DNA of 64,000 nt, taken from contig JBBQFN010000024.1 in the NCBI GenBank assembly GCA_038321985.1, positions 13,124-77,123 on the forward strand, given 5' to 3'. Below are positions 1 through 10,477 of this stretch, one piece after another (the stretch's first letter is position 1; the number at the start of each line of letters is the position of its first letter). The notes under the pieces were generated by a model. The model searched no databases. It was not told the DNA's origin and worked only from the letters and a program-made list of their open reading frames with translations. Both the position numbers and the translations under genes were made by a program. The DNA comes from Cyanophyceae cyanobacterium (lineage in GTDB: Bacteria; Cyanobacteriota; Cyanobacteriia; Cyanobacteriales; Laspinemataceae).

Positions 1-1
1 G

Positions 2-760
2 AATCTGCTTTCTAATGCGGTTAAATTTACTCCTCCTAACGGACAAATTGAAGTAATTTTAAAAGGGGTAGATTCAATGGCTCAGATTCAGGTCAAGGAT
101 AGCGGAAAAGGGATTGCTAAACCCTTTCTTCCTTATGTATTTGAATATTTTCGTCAGGAAGATGGGGGGACGACGCGCTCTTTTGGAGGCCTCGGGTTGG
201 GATTGGCGATCGTCCGCTATATCGTGGAACAGCATGGGGGTTCTGTGATGGCCGAAAGTCCCGGCGAGGGCTTGGGCGCAACGTTTACAGTGACTCTACC
301 CGTGATGAGTGCTGCCTCGACTCCCAGCCTGTGCGATCGCCCTCAAGCCTGTCAGATGGAGAATTTGGCGGGGGTGCGAGTGCTGTTGGTGGATGATGAA
401 CCGGATCTGCGCGAGTTAGCGGCTTTTACGTTAGAGGAAGCAGGGGCGCAGGTAACGGCTTGTGCGAATGCTGCCGAGGCGATCGCTCAGTTGAATCAAA
501 ACCTCTATGATCTGCTCGTTTGTGATATCGGGATGCCCGATATCGATGGCTATATGTTGATGCGTCAGGTCCGGGCATTACCCCCAGAGCTCGGGGGTAA
601 AATTCTGGCGATCGCCCTCACCGCCTATGCCAGTGAGTTAGATCGTCAAGAGGCTCTTTTAGCGGGGTTTCAGTTACACCTTTCTAAACCCATCGAACCC
701 GAGGTATTCATTCATTCAGTTGCCCAACTCCTCCAAACTTTTCAACAGATTGAGTCGTAA
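2..760 (+). CDS. Hybrid sensor histidine kinase, C-terminal part (HATPase_c + receiver), 5'-truncated by window edge
   Basis: Frame open from base 2 (NLLSNAVKFTP N-box), DSGKGI G1, GGLGLGLAI G2, receiver LLVDDE...CDIGMP...KP. Confidence 0.9.
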   Translation, partial: NLLSNAVKFTPPNGQIEVILKGVDSMAQIQVKDSGKGIAKPFLPYVFEYFRQEDGGTTRSFGGLGLGLAIVRYIVEQHGGSVMAESPGEGLGATFTVTLPVMSAASTPSLCDRPQACQMENLAGVRVLLVDDEPDLRELAAFTLEEAGAQVTACANAAEAIAQLNQNLYDLLVCDIGMPDIDGYMLMRQVRALPPELGGKILAIALTAYASELDRQEALLAGFQLHLSKPIEPEVFIHSVAQLLQTFQQIES

Positions 761-976
761 TACCGATTAGAAAATACCTTTTTTTTTAAAGAAACCCGAT
801 ACCCGTTTGGCTATGGGTTGCTTGCCCAACTCTATTCTAGCCATCACCGGATTTCAAGGAAAAGTTGTTTCTCAACCCGCTATATATTTAAAAACCTAGT
901 TTATGGATGACGCTGCGTAACTGTTATCCCACATCAAGCAGGATTTTGTTTATTTTTAAGGATTACAATTCTGGAG

Positions 977-992
977 TCTATCTTTAGATAGA
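977..992. promoter_or_regulatory. Palindrome TCTATCT-TT-AGATAGA, candidate transcription-factor site
   Basis: 7-bp perfect arms in the intergenic region upstream of the PLD gene; function inferred only. Confidence 0.35.
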
Positions 993-1249
993 GACAGAAA
1001 AAATCGGTTTAAGGAATAATTAGAGGGTCTTACCTTATGTGATAATCTCACGTCTAAAACTGCGCCCACTGAAACGGGAGGATGGATTTAAAATCAGCTC
1101 CTAGACGACTGTGCTAGTCAAGAGATTTAGGGTGCTGGAGAACACAGTGCTCAATCCGAACTCAATCCTACAACGTTGAAGTTCGCTGAAACTTAGAGGG
1201 AGAGAGAGCGCACAAGTGAGAACAACCAAGAAAATCACGAGGAAAAACA

Positions 1250-2533
1250 ATGAATTCTGTACTGGTATGGATTCTCTCGATAATTATTGGACTCGCGATA
1301 CTCGTCTTGGTTAGTCTGTATATTCGCGGAGCTTTCCGCGATAGTGTGGAATACAAGGTAAAAAATCCCCCGACTCCGGGAGAGCCCCGCTTTGCGATCT
1401 CCCAAGCCAGTTTATCCAATTCTTTAATTACCTCGGCTTTAATCACCGATGTTTGGAACGATGCGCCGACGATTCAACAAGTTAGACTCGATGCGATCGC
1501 CGGCGCGAAAACTTCCATCCATTTTGAAACTTTTTTTATGACGCCGGGACAACGTGCCAATAACTTTGCCACAGCGATCACCGAGCGATCGGCAGCGGGA
1601 GTTGAAGTTAAGTTACTGGTTGATCATTACGGCAGCAAAAAAATGTCTAAAAAATATTGGAAGCGTTTAAAAGCAGCCGGGGTTAAGGTGCTTTTTTTCA
1701 ACCCCTTTGATTGGAAAGCACCGGCAGATTATGCGGGACGGACTCACCGCAAATTGCTATCCATTGATAGTAAAATTGCCTATATTGGCGGGGCTGGAAT
1801 TTCTGATTTTTGGGATGGCAAGTCGGGTTCGGGGGAAAAAGAACCTTGGTTTGATTGTGAATTTCGTCTGGAAGGAGAGATTGTTGCTGTATTAGAAGGG
1901 GTCTTTATTCAACATTGGACTTATGCCGGTGGGGTGGCCGATTTAGGTCCGGAAACGTTTAAAATAGACCCAACAGATAAACCCATGACGATTGTTACCC
2001 CTGGGTTTAACCCCACTTACCGATTTTCGCCGATTCGGTCTTTATTTCAGTCGAGTTTATTGGCGGCGAGAGAGCGAATTTGGTTAGCAAGTCCGTATTT
2101 TTTTCCGGATCTTAATTCCCGAAGTATGCTAATTGCCGCCAAAAAGAAAGGGTTGGATGTCAAAATTCTCACTACGAGTTCAGTGAGTGATAAAAAAAAG
2201 GTGTATTACGCTTCTTCTGAAGGATATGGGCCGCTGTTGGCCGCCGGGGTTGAAATCTATGAATATCAACCCAGTATGACTCACGCCAAGCTGTTACTGA
2301 TTGACGATCGCTGGATGAGTACGGGAAGTGCTAATTTTGATCCCCGGAGCTTTTTTCACAATGACGAATTAGATTTTTCCACCGGCGAACCTAATGTTTT
2401 AAAAGAAGTTGAGCAGATTTTTGAACGCGGGTTTTCTAAGTCTAAGCTCGCTCGAATGGAAGACTGGCGCAAGCGATCGCTCTGGAGACGAATGGTGGGA
2501 CGAGCCGTTCGCTTCTTTCAATGGCAACTGTAA
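1250..2533 (+). CDS. Phospholipase D family protein, cardiolipin synthase-like
   Basis: N-terminal TM helix; two HKD motifs (HRKLLSID, HAKLLLID...GSANFD). Confidence 0.85.
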   Translation: MNSVLVWILSIIIGLAILVLVSLYIRGAFRDSVEYKVKNPPTPGEPRFAISQASLSNSLITSALITDVWNDAPTIQQVRLDAIAGAKTSIHFETFFMTPGQRANNFATAITERSAAGVEVKLLVDHYGSKKMSKKYWKRLKAAGVKVLFFNPFDWKAPADYAGRTHRKLLSIDSKIAYIGGAGISDFWDGKSGSGEKEPWFDCEFRLEGEIVAVLEGVFIQHWTYAGGVADLGPETFKIDPTDKPMTIVTPGFNPTYRFSPIRSLFQSSLLAARERIWLASPYFFPDLNSRSMLIAAKKKGLDVKILTTSSVSDKKKVYYASSEGYGPLLAAGVEIYEYQPSMTHAKLLLIDDRWMSTGSANFDPRSFFHNDELDFSTGEPNVLKEVEQIFERGFSKSKLARMEDWRKRSLWRRMVGRAVRFFQWQL

Positions 2534-2559
2534 GGGAATTTAGGGGCTAACTTGAAGTC

Positions 2560-5073
2560 CTACTCGAGTATTTTCCCCTGATCGGGCTGAGGTGCGAAAT
2601 CCACTGGAGTATCAAGGGTTTTAGGGGGTTGCTGAGTTGGAATTTCAATGATAAATTCCGCTCCCTTTCCAGGTTTTGAAAGGCACCGTAGCTGACCTTG
2701 ATGTTTTTGCACCACAATTTCACGGGCGATCGCCAAACCAACCCCGATGGATTTCTGGTTTGATTTAGTGGTAAAAAATGGATCAAATATTTGGTCGTGA
2801 AGGCGGGGGTTAATCCCCACTCCATTATCGGCAATGCTGATTACGATGCAGTCGCCTCCCCTTGCTTCTGTGAGAATTTTAATGGTTTTTGGTTCGGTTT
2901 TTCCCGGCTGAGTAGCGATCGACTCTAACGCCTCAATCGCATTAGATAATAGGTTCATCAACACTTGGTTAAGTTGGCTGGCATAGCACTCAACCTGTGG
3001 CAGGTTTCCATAATTTTTAATAACTTGAATTCCGGGTGAATCCACTTTACCTTTAAGTCGGTGCTGTAAAATTAATAAAGTGCTATTGATTCCCTCATGA
3101 ATGTCTACTGTCTTCAGGTCTGATTCATCCAAACGCATGAAATTCCGCAACGCATGAACTAAATTCCGAATTCGTTCGGCACCTCCTTTCATCGAGTTGA
3201 TCAGGTGAGAAAAATCTTGAGACGTGAATTGCAGATCGATTGCTTCTATGGTGTTTACAATCTCCGGTACAGGTTCGGGATAATGTTGTTGGTAAAGATA
3301 CAACAGATTAAGTAAATCCTGGGCATACTCCTCGGCATGAGAAAGATTGCCCGTGATAAAGTTGATCGGATTAGTAATTTCAGCCGCAATACTTGTAATT
3401 AAATCTCCTAGCTTTGATATCTTTTCCTGTTCGATTAACTGGGTTTGGGTGCGCTGGAGTTCTTGTAACGCTTTAGCGAGTTGATTGGCTTTCTCCCGGG
3501 TTCGGGCATCGGATTCCTGCAACGCTTCATTTAATTTCGCCAGTTCATCTGCTTGGCGCAGAATGATGGTCACAATCGCATTTTTGAGGTCTAACGCTGC
3601 ATCAATTTCACAGGGTTTCCAAGGTAATGATTTTAATTTGACTATTTCTTGCCAGAGTTCAAAAGATTTTCGAGGATGCAGTCGCGGATTTCTTCCCGGT
3701 AGCAGTTCAAAGGGGCGCTTAGGGTCTCCAGCCCAGTTAACCTGATGAATGACTTCCGATCTAAACCATAACAAATAATGCTGCGGATTTTTGGAAATGG
3801 CAACTGCCAGCAATCCACTGGCAATATCTTTATAAGTTTCGGCTTCTGGATAAACACTCGGGAGTGAATCCGTCTGATAAAGGGAAGAAAAGCCTAGTTT
3901 TTCCAACCACTGAATCAAGTGCTCAATGCGATCCGAGCTTGGCGCGTTCCCCAGTTGCCAACAGGTTCCTTTAAAATAGATCACCGCTCCATCCGCTTGG
4001 ACTAGCTCTAGTAAATTGGGACTAAAATTTACTAATCCATCAATAAAGTTTTCCTCCCGAGACATATATTCCACTAATTTTGCCGTCGTCGCTTGCAATT
4101 TTAAGCGATATTCATAGTGGCGATCGTTTTCCTTAGATACCAATTCCAATGCCATCACTTTTCCAAAAAATTCGCAGGCTTTTCTTACTTCATAAGAAAT
4201 ATATTTTGGAGAATTATGATGGCAGGCAACCAGTCCCCAAAGTTTTCCTTCTTTGACAATTGAAATAGACATAGATGCAGCAACTTCCATGTTTTGAAGA
4301 TATTCAATATGACAGGGAGAAACGCTGCGAAGAACGGAATGACTCAAGTCCAGGGGGCTTCGAGACTGGGGGTTCAAGGCCGGTAAAATTCCAATAGGTT
4401 GATAACTGACATCGGGAATTAAGCGGAGTAAATTAATGCAAAAAAGTTTTCTAGCGGGCAGGGGAATATCCTCGGCGGGATAGTTTAAATTTAACCAAGA
4501 AGTCATTTCATCGAGTCTTTCTTCAGCTAAAACTCTCCCATGTCCGGCGGGATCAAATCGATAAAGCATTACCCGATCAAACCCTGTAATATTTCTAACT
4601 TCTTTAACGACAAATTGACAGAGTTCTTTGAAATTTTTAGCAGTTTGAATATTAGAAGCAGCGACTTCTACTAATTTATAGAAACTTAAAAACCCCATAG
4701 TTTTGGGAGACAAGGCGGGTTCGAGTTCTAAAATTAAACAGTTGGGATGAGAGCGATGAACAATTCCCTCAAAATAGAGGGTTTTCGAGTCGGTATTAAT
4801 GGTAATGGTTAGGGGGTTGACACTCCCCAGGGTTTGATAATGAATAGATTCTTTGAGAAGATGGACTTGGCTGGCATCTAGTAAACTTTCTAAAGGTTGA
4901 TTGAGAAAGGTTTCCGGTAAATGGCCGAAAACTTCCAGGGTATTGTTGCTAACTTGTAATATTATAAGCTCAGGAGAGAGGACAAAGAGGACCCCGTGGG
5001 GTTGAATAAAACCGGGACTATGGATTGGTTCTTGCTCGTAGCTTGCCCACTTTAGTGCTTCTGATTCCATCAT
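2560..5073 (-). CDS. Cph1-type phytochrome (PAS-GAF-PHY) with histidine-kinase-like output lacking the H-box His
   Basis: EPIHSPGFIQPHG, DRVMLYRF, PAEDIP, SVSPCHIEYL (bilin Cys), PRKSF tongue; H-box reads IAAEITNP; start uncertain (5073 ATG or 5103 TTG). Confidence 0.9.
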   Translation of the reverse strand: MMESEALKWASYEQEPIHSPGFIQPHGVLFVLSPELIILQVSNNTLEVFGHLPETFLNQPLESLLDASQVHLLKESIHYQTLGSVNPLTITINTDSKTLYFEGIVHRSHPNCLILELEPALSPKTMGFLSFYKLVEVAASNIQTAKNFKELCQFVVKEVRNITGFDRVMLYRFDPAGHGRVLAEERLDEMTSWLNLNYPAEDIPLPARKLFCINLLRLIPDVSYQPIGILPALNPQSRSPLDLSHSVLRSVSPCHIEYLQNMEVAASMSISIVKEGKLWGLVACHHNSPKYISYEVRKACEFFGKVMALELVSKENDRHYEYRLKLQATTAKLVEYMSREENFIDGLVNFSPNLLELVQADGAVIYFKGTCWQLGNAPSSDRIEHLIQWLEKLGFSSLYQTDSLPSVYPEAETYKDIASGLLAVAISKNPQHYLLWFRSEVIHQVNWAGDPKRPFELLPGRNPRLHPRKSFELWQEIVKLKSLPWKPCEIDAALDLKNAIVTIILRQADELAKLNEALQESDARTREKANQLAKALQELQRTQTQLIEQEKISKLGDLITSIAAEITNPINFITGNLSHAEEYAQDLLNLLYLYQQHYPEPVPEIVNTIEAIDLQFTSQDFSHLINSMKGGAERIRNLVHALRNFMRLDESDLKTVDIHEGINSTLLILQHRLKGKVDSPGIQVIKNYGNLPQVECYASQLNQVLMNLLSNAIEALESIATQPGKTEPKTIKILTEARGGDCIVISIADNGVGINPRLHDQIFDPFFTTKSNQKSIGVGLAIAREIVVQKHQGQLRCLSKPGKGAEFIIEIPTQQPPKTLDTPVDFAPQPDQGKILE

Positions 5074-5388
5074 CTTATTTCTCCTACTGTGTTCGTAAAT
5101 CAAGGGTTTGGTTTTAGGGAGACTCGGCTGAAACTGAGAGAAATTTTTGCCCTTTTTGGGCTATTTTAATTAAAGGGTTATTTTAGCGCTCTAGGGGTGT
5201 TAATAATTTTTAATATTCTATCATAGCCATTAACTCCCGCTTTAATTTTTTAAGCGAAAATTAACGTTGTAACAATTCTTAATTTTCTGCTTCTACAAGT
5301 CCCCCTTGCCAAAAAAATCGGAAGCCAGGGAGTTTAAAGGTTAGAAGAAGCCCGATCCATTGTCCCTTTTTCTCCAGACGCTGCCGGT

Positions 5389-7848
5389 TCAGTACCGAAT
5401 TTTATCGGCAAGATAATTTCTAACCTGGCGGGCTGAATCAAGCTGTAATACCGCTGTGGCGATCGCCTGGGCTTCTTTTTCATTTAATAAGGAAAGGGTA
5501 GCTTTAATAGCCGAAATCGCTGGGGGATTCATGCTCAATTTATCCACTCCCAATCCTACTAAAATTGGAGTGGCTTCCGGATCCGATGCCAACTCCCCAC
5601 AAACTCCTACAGAAATACAGGCTTTGTGAGCCGCTTCTACAGTCTGTTTAATCGCCCGTAAGACAGCCGGTTCTAATGCATCAGCGTGGGCGGCTACTTT
5701 AGGATTAGAGCGATCGGCAGCGAGGAGATATTGGCTCAAGTCATTAGTACCAATACTGAAAAAATCGACCTCCATAGCTAAGCGATCGGCGATCAGAACA
5801 GCGGCAGGAATTTCTATCATCATTCCCACTGCGATCGCCTCATCAAAGGGAATCCCCTCCTGACGTAGTTCCTCCTGAGCTTCTACCAGCAGCTGCTTAG
5901 CCGCGCGAATTTCCGAGAGTGAGGCGATCATCGGAAACATCACCTGAAGCGAACCCTCTGCACTCGCACGTAGTATCGCCCGTAACTGAGTTTTAAGCAA
6001 ATCTGAACGTTCTAATGCCAGCCGAATCCCTCGCCATCCCAGGAAGGGATTCGGTTCGGGGACAAGGTGTAGGTAAGCTAGGGGTTTATCACCCCCCATA
6101 TCAAAAGTGCGAATAATGGCGGGATGAGAGGTAAACGCCGTGGCGATCGCCCGATAAATTTCCACTTGTTCTGCTTCCGTCGGTGGCATCGCTCGATCTA
6201 AATATAAAAACTCCGTGCGAAACAATCCCACCCCTTCCGCACCCGCTTCTCGCGCCACATCTGCCCCAGAAATCCCGACAATATTAGCCAAAATGGGAAT
6301 GCTATGTCCATCCGCAGGGAGGGTCCGTTCCGGTAAATGCTCTGTTGCCGGGGGGTGTGGGCTTTGTAATTCGCTTAAAACTTTGCTATTGGGCTGCACC
6401 CAGACTTGCCCGGTTGTGCCATTGAGGGCCAACTGAGTGCCACGGGTCAAGTGCGAAAGATAACTGCCGAGGCCCATAACCGCAGGAATTCCTAAACTGC
6501 GAGCGATAATCGCACTATGGGTATTTACGCCTCCTTGGGCGGTACACAATCCCCGGACAGTTTTCGGGTCAAGTTGAGCTACTTCTGAGGGCTGTAACTC
6601 AGAAACTACAAGAATTCCCGGTTCTTTCAAATGTAGCGATCGCCCGAGGCGAATTTCCGGCATCAGTAGGCGGAGGACTCTCACGCCAACGTCTCGCACA
6701 TCATCGGCACGACTTTGGATTTCGAGATCGGCGAGGGCTAGATAACTGGCAACTATCTGATCGATCGCGATTTTCCAAGCACTGCCTCGATGCAGGTGAT
6801 GTTCAAAGATATAATCATGGGCGATATCAAGGAGCGCTGGGTCCTCTAAATAGAGCTGATGCGCTTGAAAAATTCCGGTTTCTTCTCCACTTGTGAGACG
6901 ACTACTGAGCGCTTGTAATTCGTTGCGGGCAGTTTCTAGGGCCTCTTGCAGTTCTTGCCACTCCCAGTCCGGGTTATCTGCCGGTTTTCGGGGGATTTCA
7001 GGTATTTCTAGATGATACAGGATAGCCGGGGCGATCGCAATTCCCGGAGAAGCCGGAATGCCTCGAATCTCACCTTCTACCAGCAGGTTGGCTAAGGGTT
7101 CTCCCTGAATTCGGGGCGAGGGGTTCATTTCCCCAAACCCAGATTCTATAAGGTTCTGTAAGGCAGCCAGGGCAGCCGGAGCATCACTCCCGGCAGCCGT
7201 GAGGGCGATATCATGGTGGCAACGTACCCCCAAGGTGATAACTTGATTGATACTTTTGCCGTTCACCGCAGGGCTATTTTTAGTGAGGTTTTGTAAGGTA
7301 ATGTTGGATTGAAAGCGGTTAGCGGTTTGGACCCATTGTGCCGCCGGTCTGGCGTGTATTCCTAGAGGATTAATCACACAAAGTTGGATTTGCAACCCTC
7401 CAGTAAGGTCTGATTTGGGCTGAAGCGGAAGCAGGTTTTGGAGGGGGAGCGATCGCACTTTGGTAGCTAGTGCAGTTCGCGTTTCGGCAAGGATGGTTTC
7501 TAGGTCACAACCGGCAGCACTTTGAATCACAGCGGCGATGGCACCTTCCACCAAGGGACCTTCGCACAGTCTCACATTATCCCGTTCAGCTTCTGTGAGA
7601 AACTCTAAGGCCATTTCCGCACTCATTACCGCACTACCCAAGTCCATCAGGACAATCGTTCCTTCGTCACTATAAATTGAAATAATTGCTTCATAAACCC
7701 GCATCACGTCAGTTCCTAGGGGATTTTCTGGATCATCTACACCCGCAGCAATGGCGATCGGCACGGATTTTTGCACCATTTGTTCAGCGAGTTCTTTCAC
7801 GCCCTCGGCCAGTTTTCTGCTGTGAGAAACAATAACAATTCCAATCAT
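5389..7848 (-). CDS. dhaM: Multiphosphoryl-transfer protein: DhaM-type EIIA + HPr + PTS enzyme I fusion
   Basis: MIGIVIVSHS and DLGSA (DhaM EIIA), GIHARPA (HPr His), THSAIIAR (EI His), GLFRTEF, IGTNDL, VCGELA; ATG 7848 preferred. Confidence 0.85.
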   Translation of the reverse strand: MIGIVIVSHSRKLAEGVKELAEQMVQKSVPIAIAAGVDDPENPLGTDVMRVYEAIISIYSDEGTIVLMDLGSAVMSAEMALEFLTEAERDNVRLCEGPLVEGAIAAVIQSAAGCDLETILAETRTALATKVRSLPLQNLLPLQPKSDLTGGLQIQLCVINPLGIHARPAAQWVQTANRFQSNITLQNLTKNSPAVNGKSINQVITLGVRCHHDIALTAAGSDAPAALAALQNLIESGFGEMNPSPRIQGEPLANLLVEGEIRGIPASPGIAIAPAILYHLEIPEIPRKPADNPDWEWQELQEALETARNELQALSSRLTSGEETGIFQAHQLYLEDPALLDIAHDYIFEHHLHRGSAWKIAIDQIVASYLALADLEIQSRADDVRDVGVRVLRLLMPEIRLGRSLHLKEPGILVVSELQPSEVAQLDPKTVRGLCTAQGGVNTHSAIIARSLGIPAVMGLGSYLSHLTRGTQLALNGTTGQVWVQPNSKVLSELQSPHPPATEHLPERTLPADGHSIPILANIVGISGADVAREAGAEGVGLFRTEFLYLDRAMPPTEAEQVEIYRAIATAFTSHPAIIRTFDMGGDKPLAYLHLVPEPNPFLGWRGIRLALERSDLLKTQLRAILRASAEGSLQVMFPMIASLSEIRAAKQLLVEAQEELRQEGIPFDEAIAVGMMIEIPAAVLIADRLAMEVDFFSIGTNDLSQYLLAADRSNPKVAAHADALEPAVLRAIKQTVEAAHKACISVGVCGELASDPEATPILVGLGVDKLSMNPPAISAIKATLSLLNEKEAQAIATAVLQLDSARQVRNYLADKIRY

Positions 7849-8178
7849 AGTATTTATTGGAGTCGTGACCCCTGAATGGCAAATCGAGCCAACTTTCGCC
7901 ACACTTTCGCTTGGCGATCGCCTTTTCGTTTGGGCTAATTTTCTTTTTTCTGACTTGTTTCTCTAGATATCAAACCCCGGATTTTAGGGTTTTTGATTCA
8001 GAGTCACCCTGCGAGGTTGGTTCCAAGGATTCAGGATAATTTGAACGCCGGATTCCTTCAAGTTTAGCACAAAATACGCCATTTCACCCCAGGGAAACCC
8101 CAAACTCATCAAACCCTATCCCTTGCTGGAGTAGATGCTGCCCGTGGGTTCGGCAAAATCTGGGTTTCCACCCAGAAA

Positions 8179-9630
8179 TTAATGGGTATCTTTAAAAAAC
8201 TGGAATTGGCGATCGGTAATGCGCCCTACATTGTAAAGGGTTTCGGCAATTTCGGAAAGAGTTAAGACCGAATGAGCGCGATAACCATTGACCTGCAAGC
8301 GCTCTTTTACCCCTTTTTCATGGTCGATAAAGACGACGATATCCTCCACCTTTAACCCGGTAGATTGGAGCTTTTGAGCCCCTTCCATTGCGCTTTTACC
8401 ACTAATTAGAATATCATCTACCACCACCACCGTTTCTCCGGGATTAAAATGACCTTCCACTAACCGCCGAGTACCATGGGCTTTGACTTCTTTACGAGGA
8501 AAAATCATCGGATAATTCAAACGCAAGGAAAGCCCCGTTGCCGTGGGTAATGCCCCATAGGGAATTCCGGCAATGCGGTCAAATTTTAGAGATTTTAAAA
8601 CTTCAGCATAAGCGCCAATAATTTTATCAAAAATTTGCGGATTGGAGATAATTGTTCGTAAATCAACATAATAGGGGAAGGTTTCACCGGATGCTTGGAC
8701 ATATTCCCCAAACATGATGCAACCCAAATCATAGAGTTGAAGAATTAAATCCGTATGGGGATGGGCTTCTGCCAAAGGAATATCCGGAAACCACACCGGA
8801 CAAGCTTGTGCCTCATGGGGAATCCGAATTCTGACTTGATTAATGGTTTCCCGCAGCCCTAAAATTAGGGATGCGGCATTTTCACTAATTAAATAATCTT
8901 GGGGAACCGGCAGGATTAATCCCTCTCCTTGGCTATTTAAACCGGCCTTAATAATGTTAGCTAAAACGGTTCCTTCTGCCCAGATACTGCGGGCGAGAAT
9001 CAGGCGTTCTGGGGCCACAGCGCGAACTTGTGCCAAGACTTCCGGTACATTGGTTCCCACCTCGATTGCGACCTGTTCGGGAGTCCCCCAAGTCCGGGTT
9101 TCTTTGACGATATGCAGGTAAAAAGGAGCGTCATTTTTAGGATAGTTTTGCAAGACTTGAGCCGCCGGATTGGAGGTGTGGCACAGGACAAACACTGCTT
9201 TATCGGGATAGAGTAAAAATGGGGCTGCCAAATCTTGCCCGGGATAGGGGCTCAGGGTCACCGCATCCACCTGCCAGCGTTCAAAAATTGTCTGGGCAAA
9301 TACTGTACTACTATTGAGATCCGAGTGTTTGACGTCTAAAATCACCGGGAGGCGACTGGGAATAGCTTGTAAAATTTTGTGCAAAAGCTCCATGCCTGGA
9401 GCACCCAAAGCCGTATAAAATCCGAGGGTTGGTTTGTAGGCACAAACCAGTTCAGCCGTTTGGGCAATGATAAAATGCAACCAATCCCTCAACTGCGCCA
9501 TGAGAGTTTCCGGGTTATCCTGGGTCCCAAAACGGGAGGGAAGCGCCTCGGGATCTGGGTCAAGTCCCACACAAAGCAGGCTATTATTTCGCTCGATCGC
9601 ACTTTGTAATTTATCGCTAAAATTGATCAT
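8179..9630 (-). CDS. pyrFE: Bifunctional OMP decarboxylase / orotate phosphoribosyltransferase
   Basis: CVGLDP, YKP, DVKHSD in N-half; YYVDLR, RKEVKAHG, VVVVDDILISG PRPP-binding motif in C-half. Confidence 0.9.
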   Translation of the reverse strand: MINFSDKLQSAIERNNSLLCVGLDPDPEALPSRFGTQDNPETLMAQLRDWLHFIIAQTAELVCAYKPTLGFYTALGAPGMELLHKILQAIPSRLPVILDVKHSDLNSSTVFAQTIFERWQVDAVTLSPYPGQDLAAPFLLYPDKAVFVLCHTSNPAAQVLQNYPKNDAPFYLHIVKETRTWGTPEQVAIEVGTNVPEVLAQVRAVAPERLILARSIWAEGTVLANIIKAGLNSQGEGLILPVPQDYLISENAASLILGLRETINQVRIRIPHEAQACPVWFPDIPLAEAHPHTDLILQLYDLGCIMFGEYVQASGETFPYYVDLRTIISNPQIFDKIIGAYAEVLKSLKFDRIAGIPYGALPTATGLSLRLNYPMIFPRKEVKAHGTRRLVEGHFNPGETVVVVDDILISGKSAMEGAQKLQSTGLKVEDIVVFIDHEKGVKERLQVNGYRAHSVLTLSEIAETLYNVGRITDRQFQFFKDTH

Positions 9631-9894
9631 AGTGGGTGGAGATTGAATCGATTTTGCCCGAATTTCGCTCACCTCCCCCGGTTTTACTCACCGGGGAAAT
9701 GACCCACGGAGATCTTCGCCCAACCCGGTCAAAAATTAGCAATTTGCTCTTCACAAATCCTGTGAATTCTTATTAAAACCGGAGATCTACGATATCAATA
9801 GAGTATAACTTAGGGAATGAACGGAGGAGGTAAGAACAGAGGAAACTGTGGTTGCCCTCACTCTGGCCTATTTTACCACTAACGAGCGATCGCA

Positions 9895-10473
9895 ATGATG
9901 ACTGGAGAAAAAATTGGCAAATACCTCACCCTAGAAGAATTTTGCACCTGTACGCAAACCTATCAAACCTACAAGGATCAGATTAATCCCTTTCCCGCAA
10001 ACCCCCCGGAAACGATTCCAGCAATTTTGGCGTTAATTCAGGCAATCGTTGATCCAGTTATCGATGAGTTCGGACGCGATCGCTTTCGGTTGACTTATGG
10101 ATTTTGTTCCCAGGATTTAAAGCGCTATCTAGCGAAAAAAGACCCAGTAACGGGACAAAAAAATGGTCGCGTGGCCCCAGAATTGGACCAACATTTAGCC
10201 CATGAAGTGAATCCAAAGGGGAATTATTATTGTCAGCGTCTCGGGGCCTCCTGTGATTTTCTGATTCTCGATTTATCCAGTGCAGTTTTGGTGGATTGGA
10301 TATTGGCCCATCAATTACCCTTTGATTCTCTTTATTTTTATGGAGAAACTCGGCCAATTCATATTAGCTATGGACCGCAACAGAAGCGGGATATTTGGAC
10401 CTTTACTCGGGGGAGACAGCCGACTAAAAAAGGGATTGACCAATGGGTGAAGTTGGCGAAAATTATTAAATAA
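9895..10473 (+). CDS. Hypothetical protein, peptidase M15-like Zn-binding fold
   Basis: LTYGFCS...DQH...GASCDF...IHISY spacing resembles the M15 H/D/H ligand pattern. Confidence 0.5.
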   Translation: MMTGEKIGKYLTLEEFCTCTQTYQTYKDQINPFPANPPETIPAILALIQAIVDPVIDEFGRDRFRLTYGFCSQDLKRYLAKKDPVTGQKNGRVAPELDQHLAHEVNPKGNYYCQRLGASCDFLILDLSSAVLVDWILAHQLPFDSLYFYGETRPIHISYGPQQKRDIWTFTRGRQPTKKGIDQWVKLAKIIK

Positions 10474-10477
10474 ACTT

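Noticed and set aside
1250..2533. PLD protein as the missing nuclease domain of the PbeA-like helicase
   Set aside because: TM anchor and two HKD motifs fit a cardiolipin synthase; 44 kb away with no linkage
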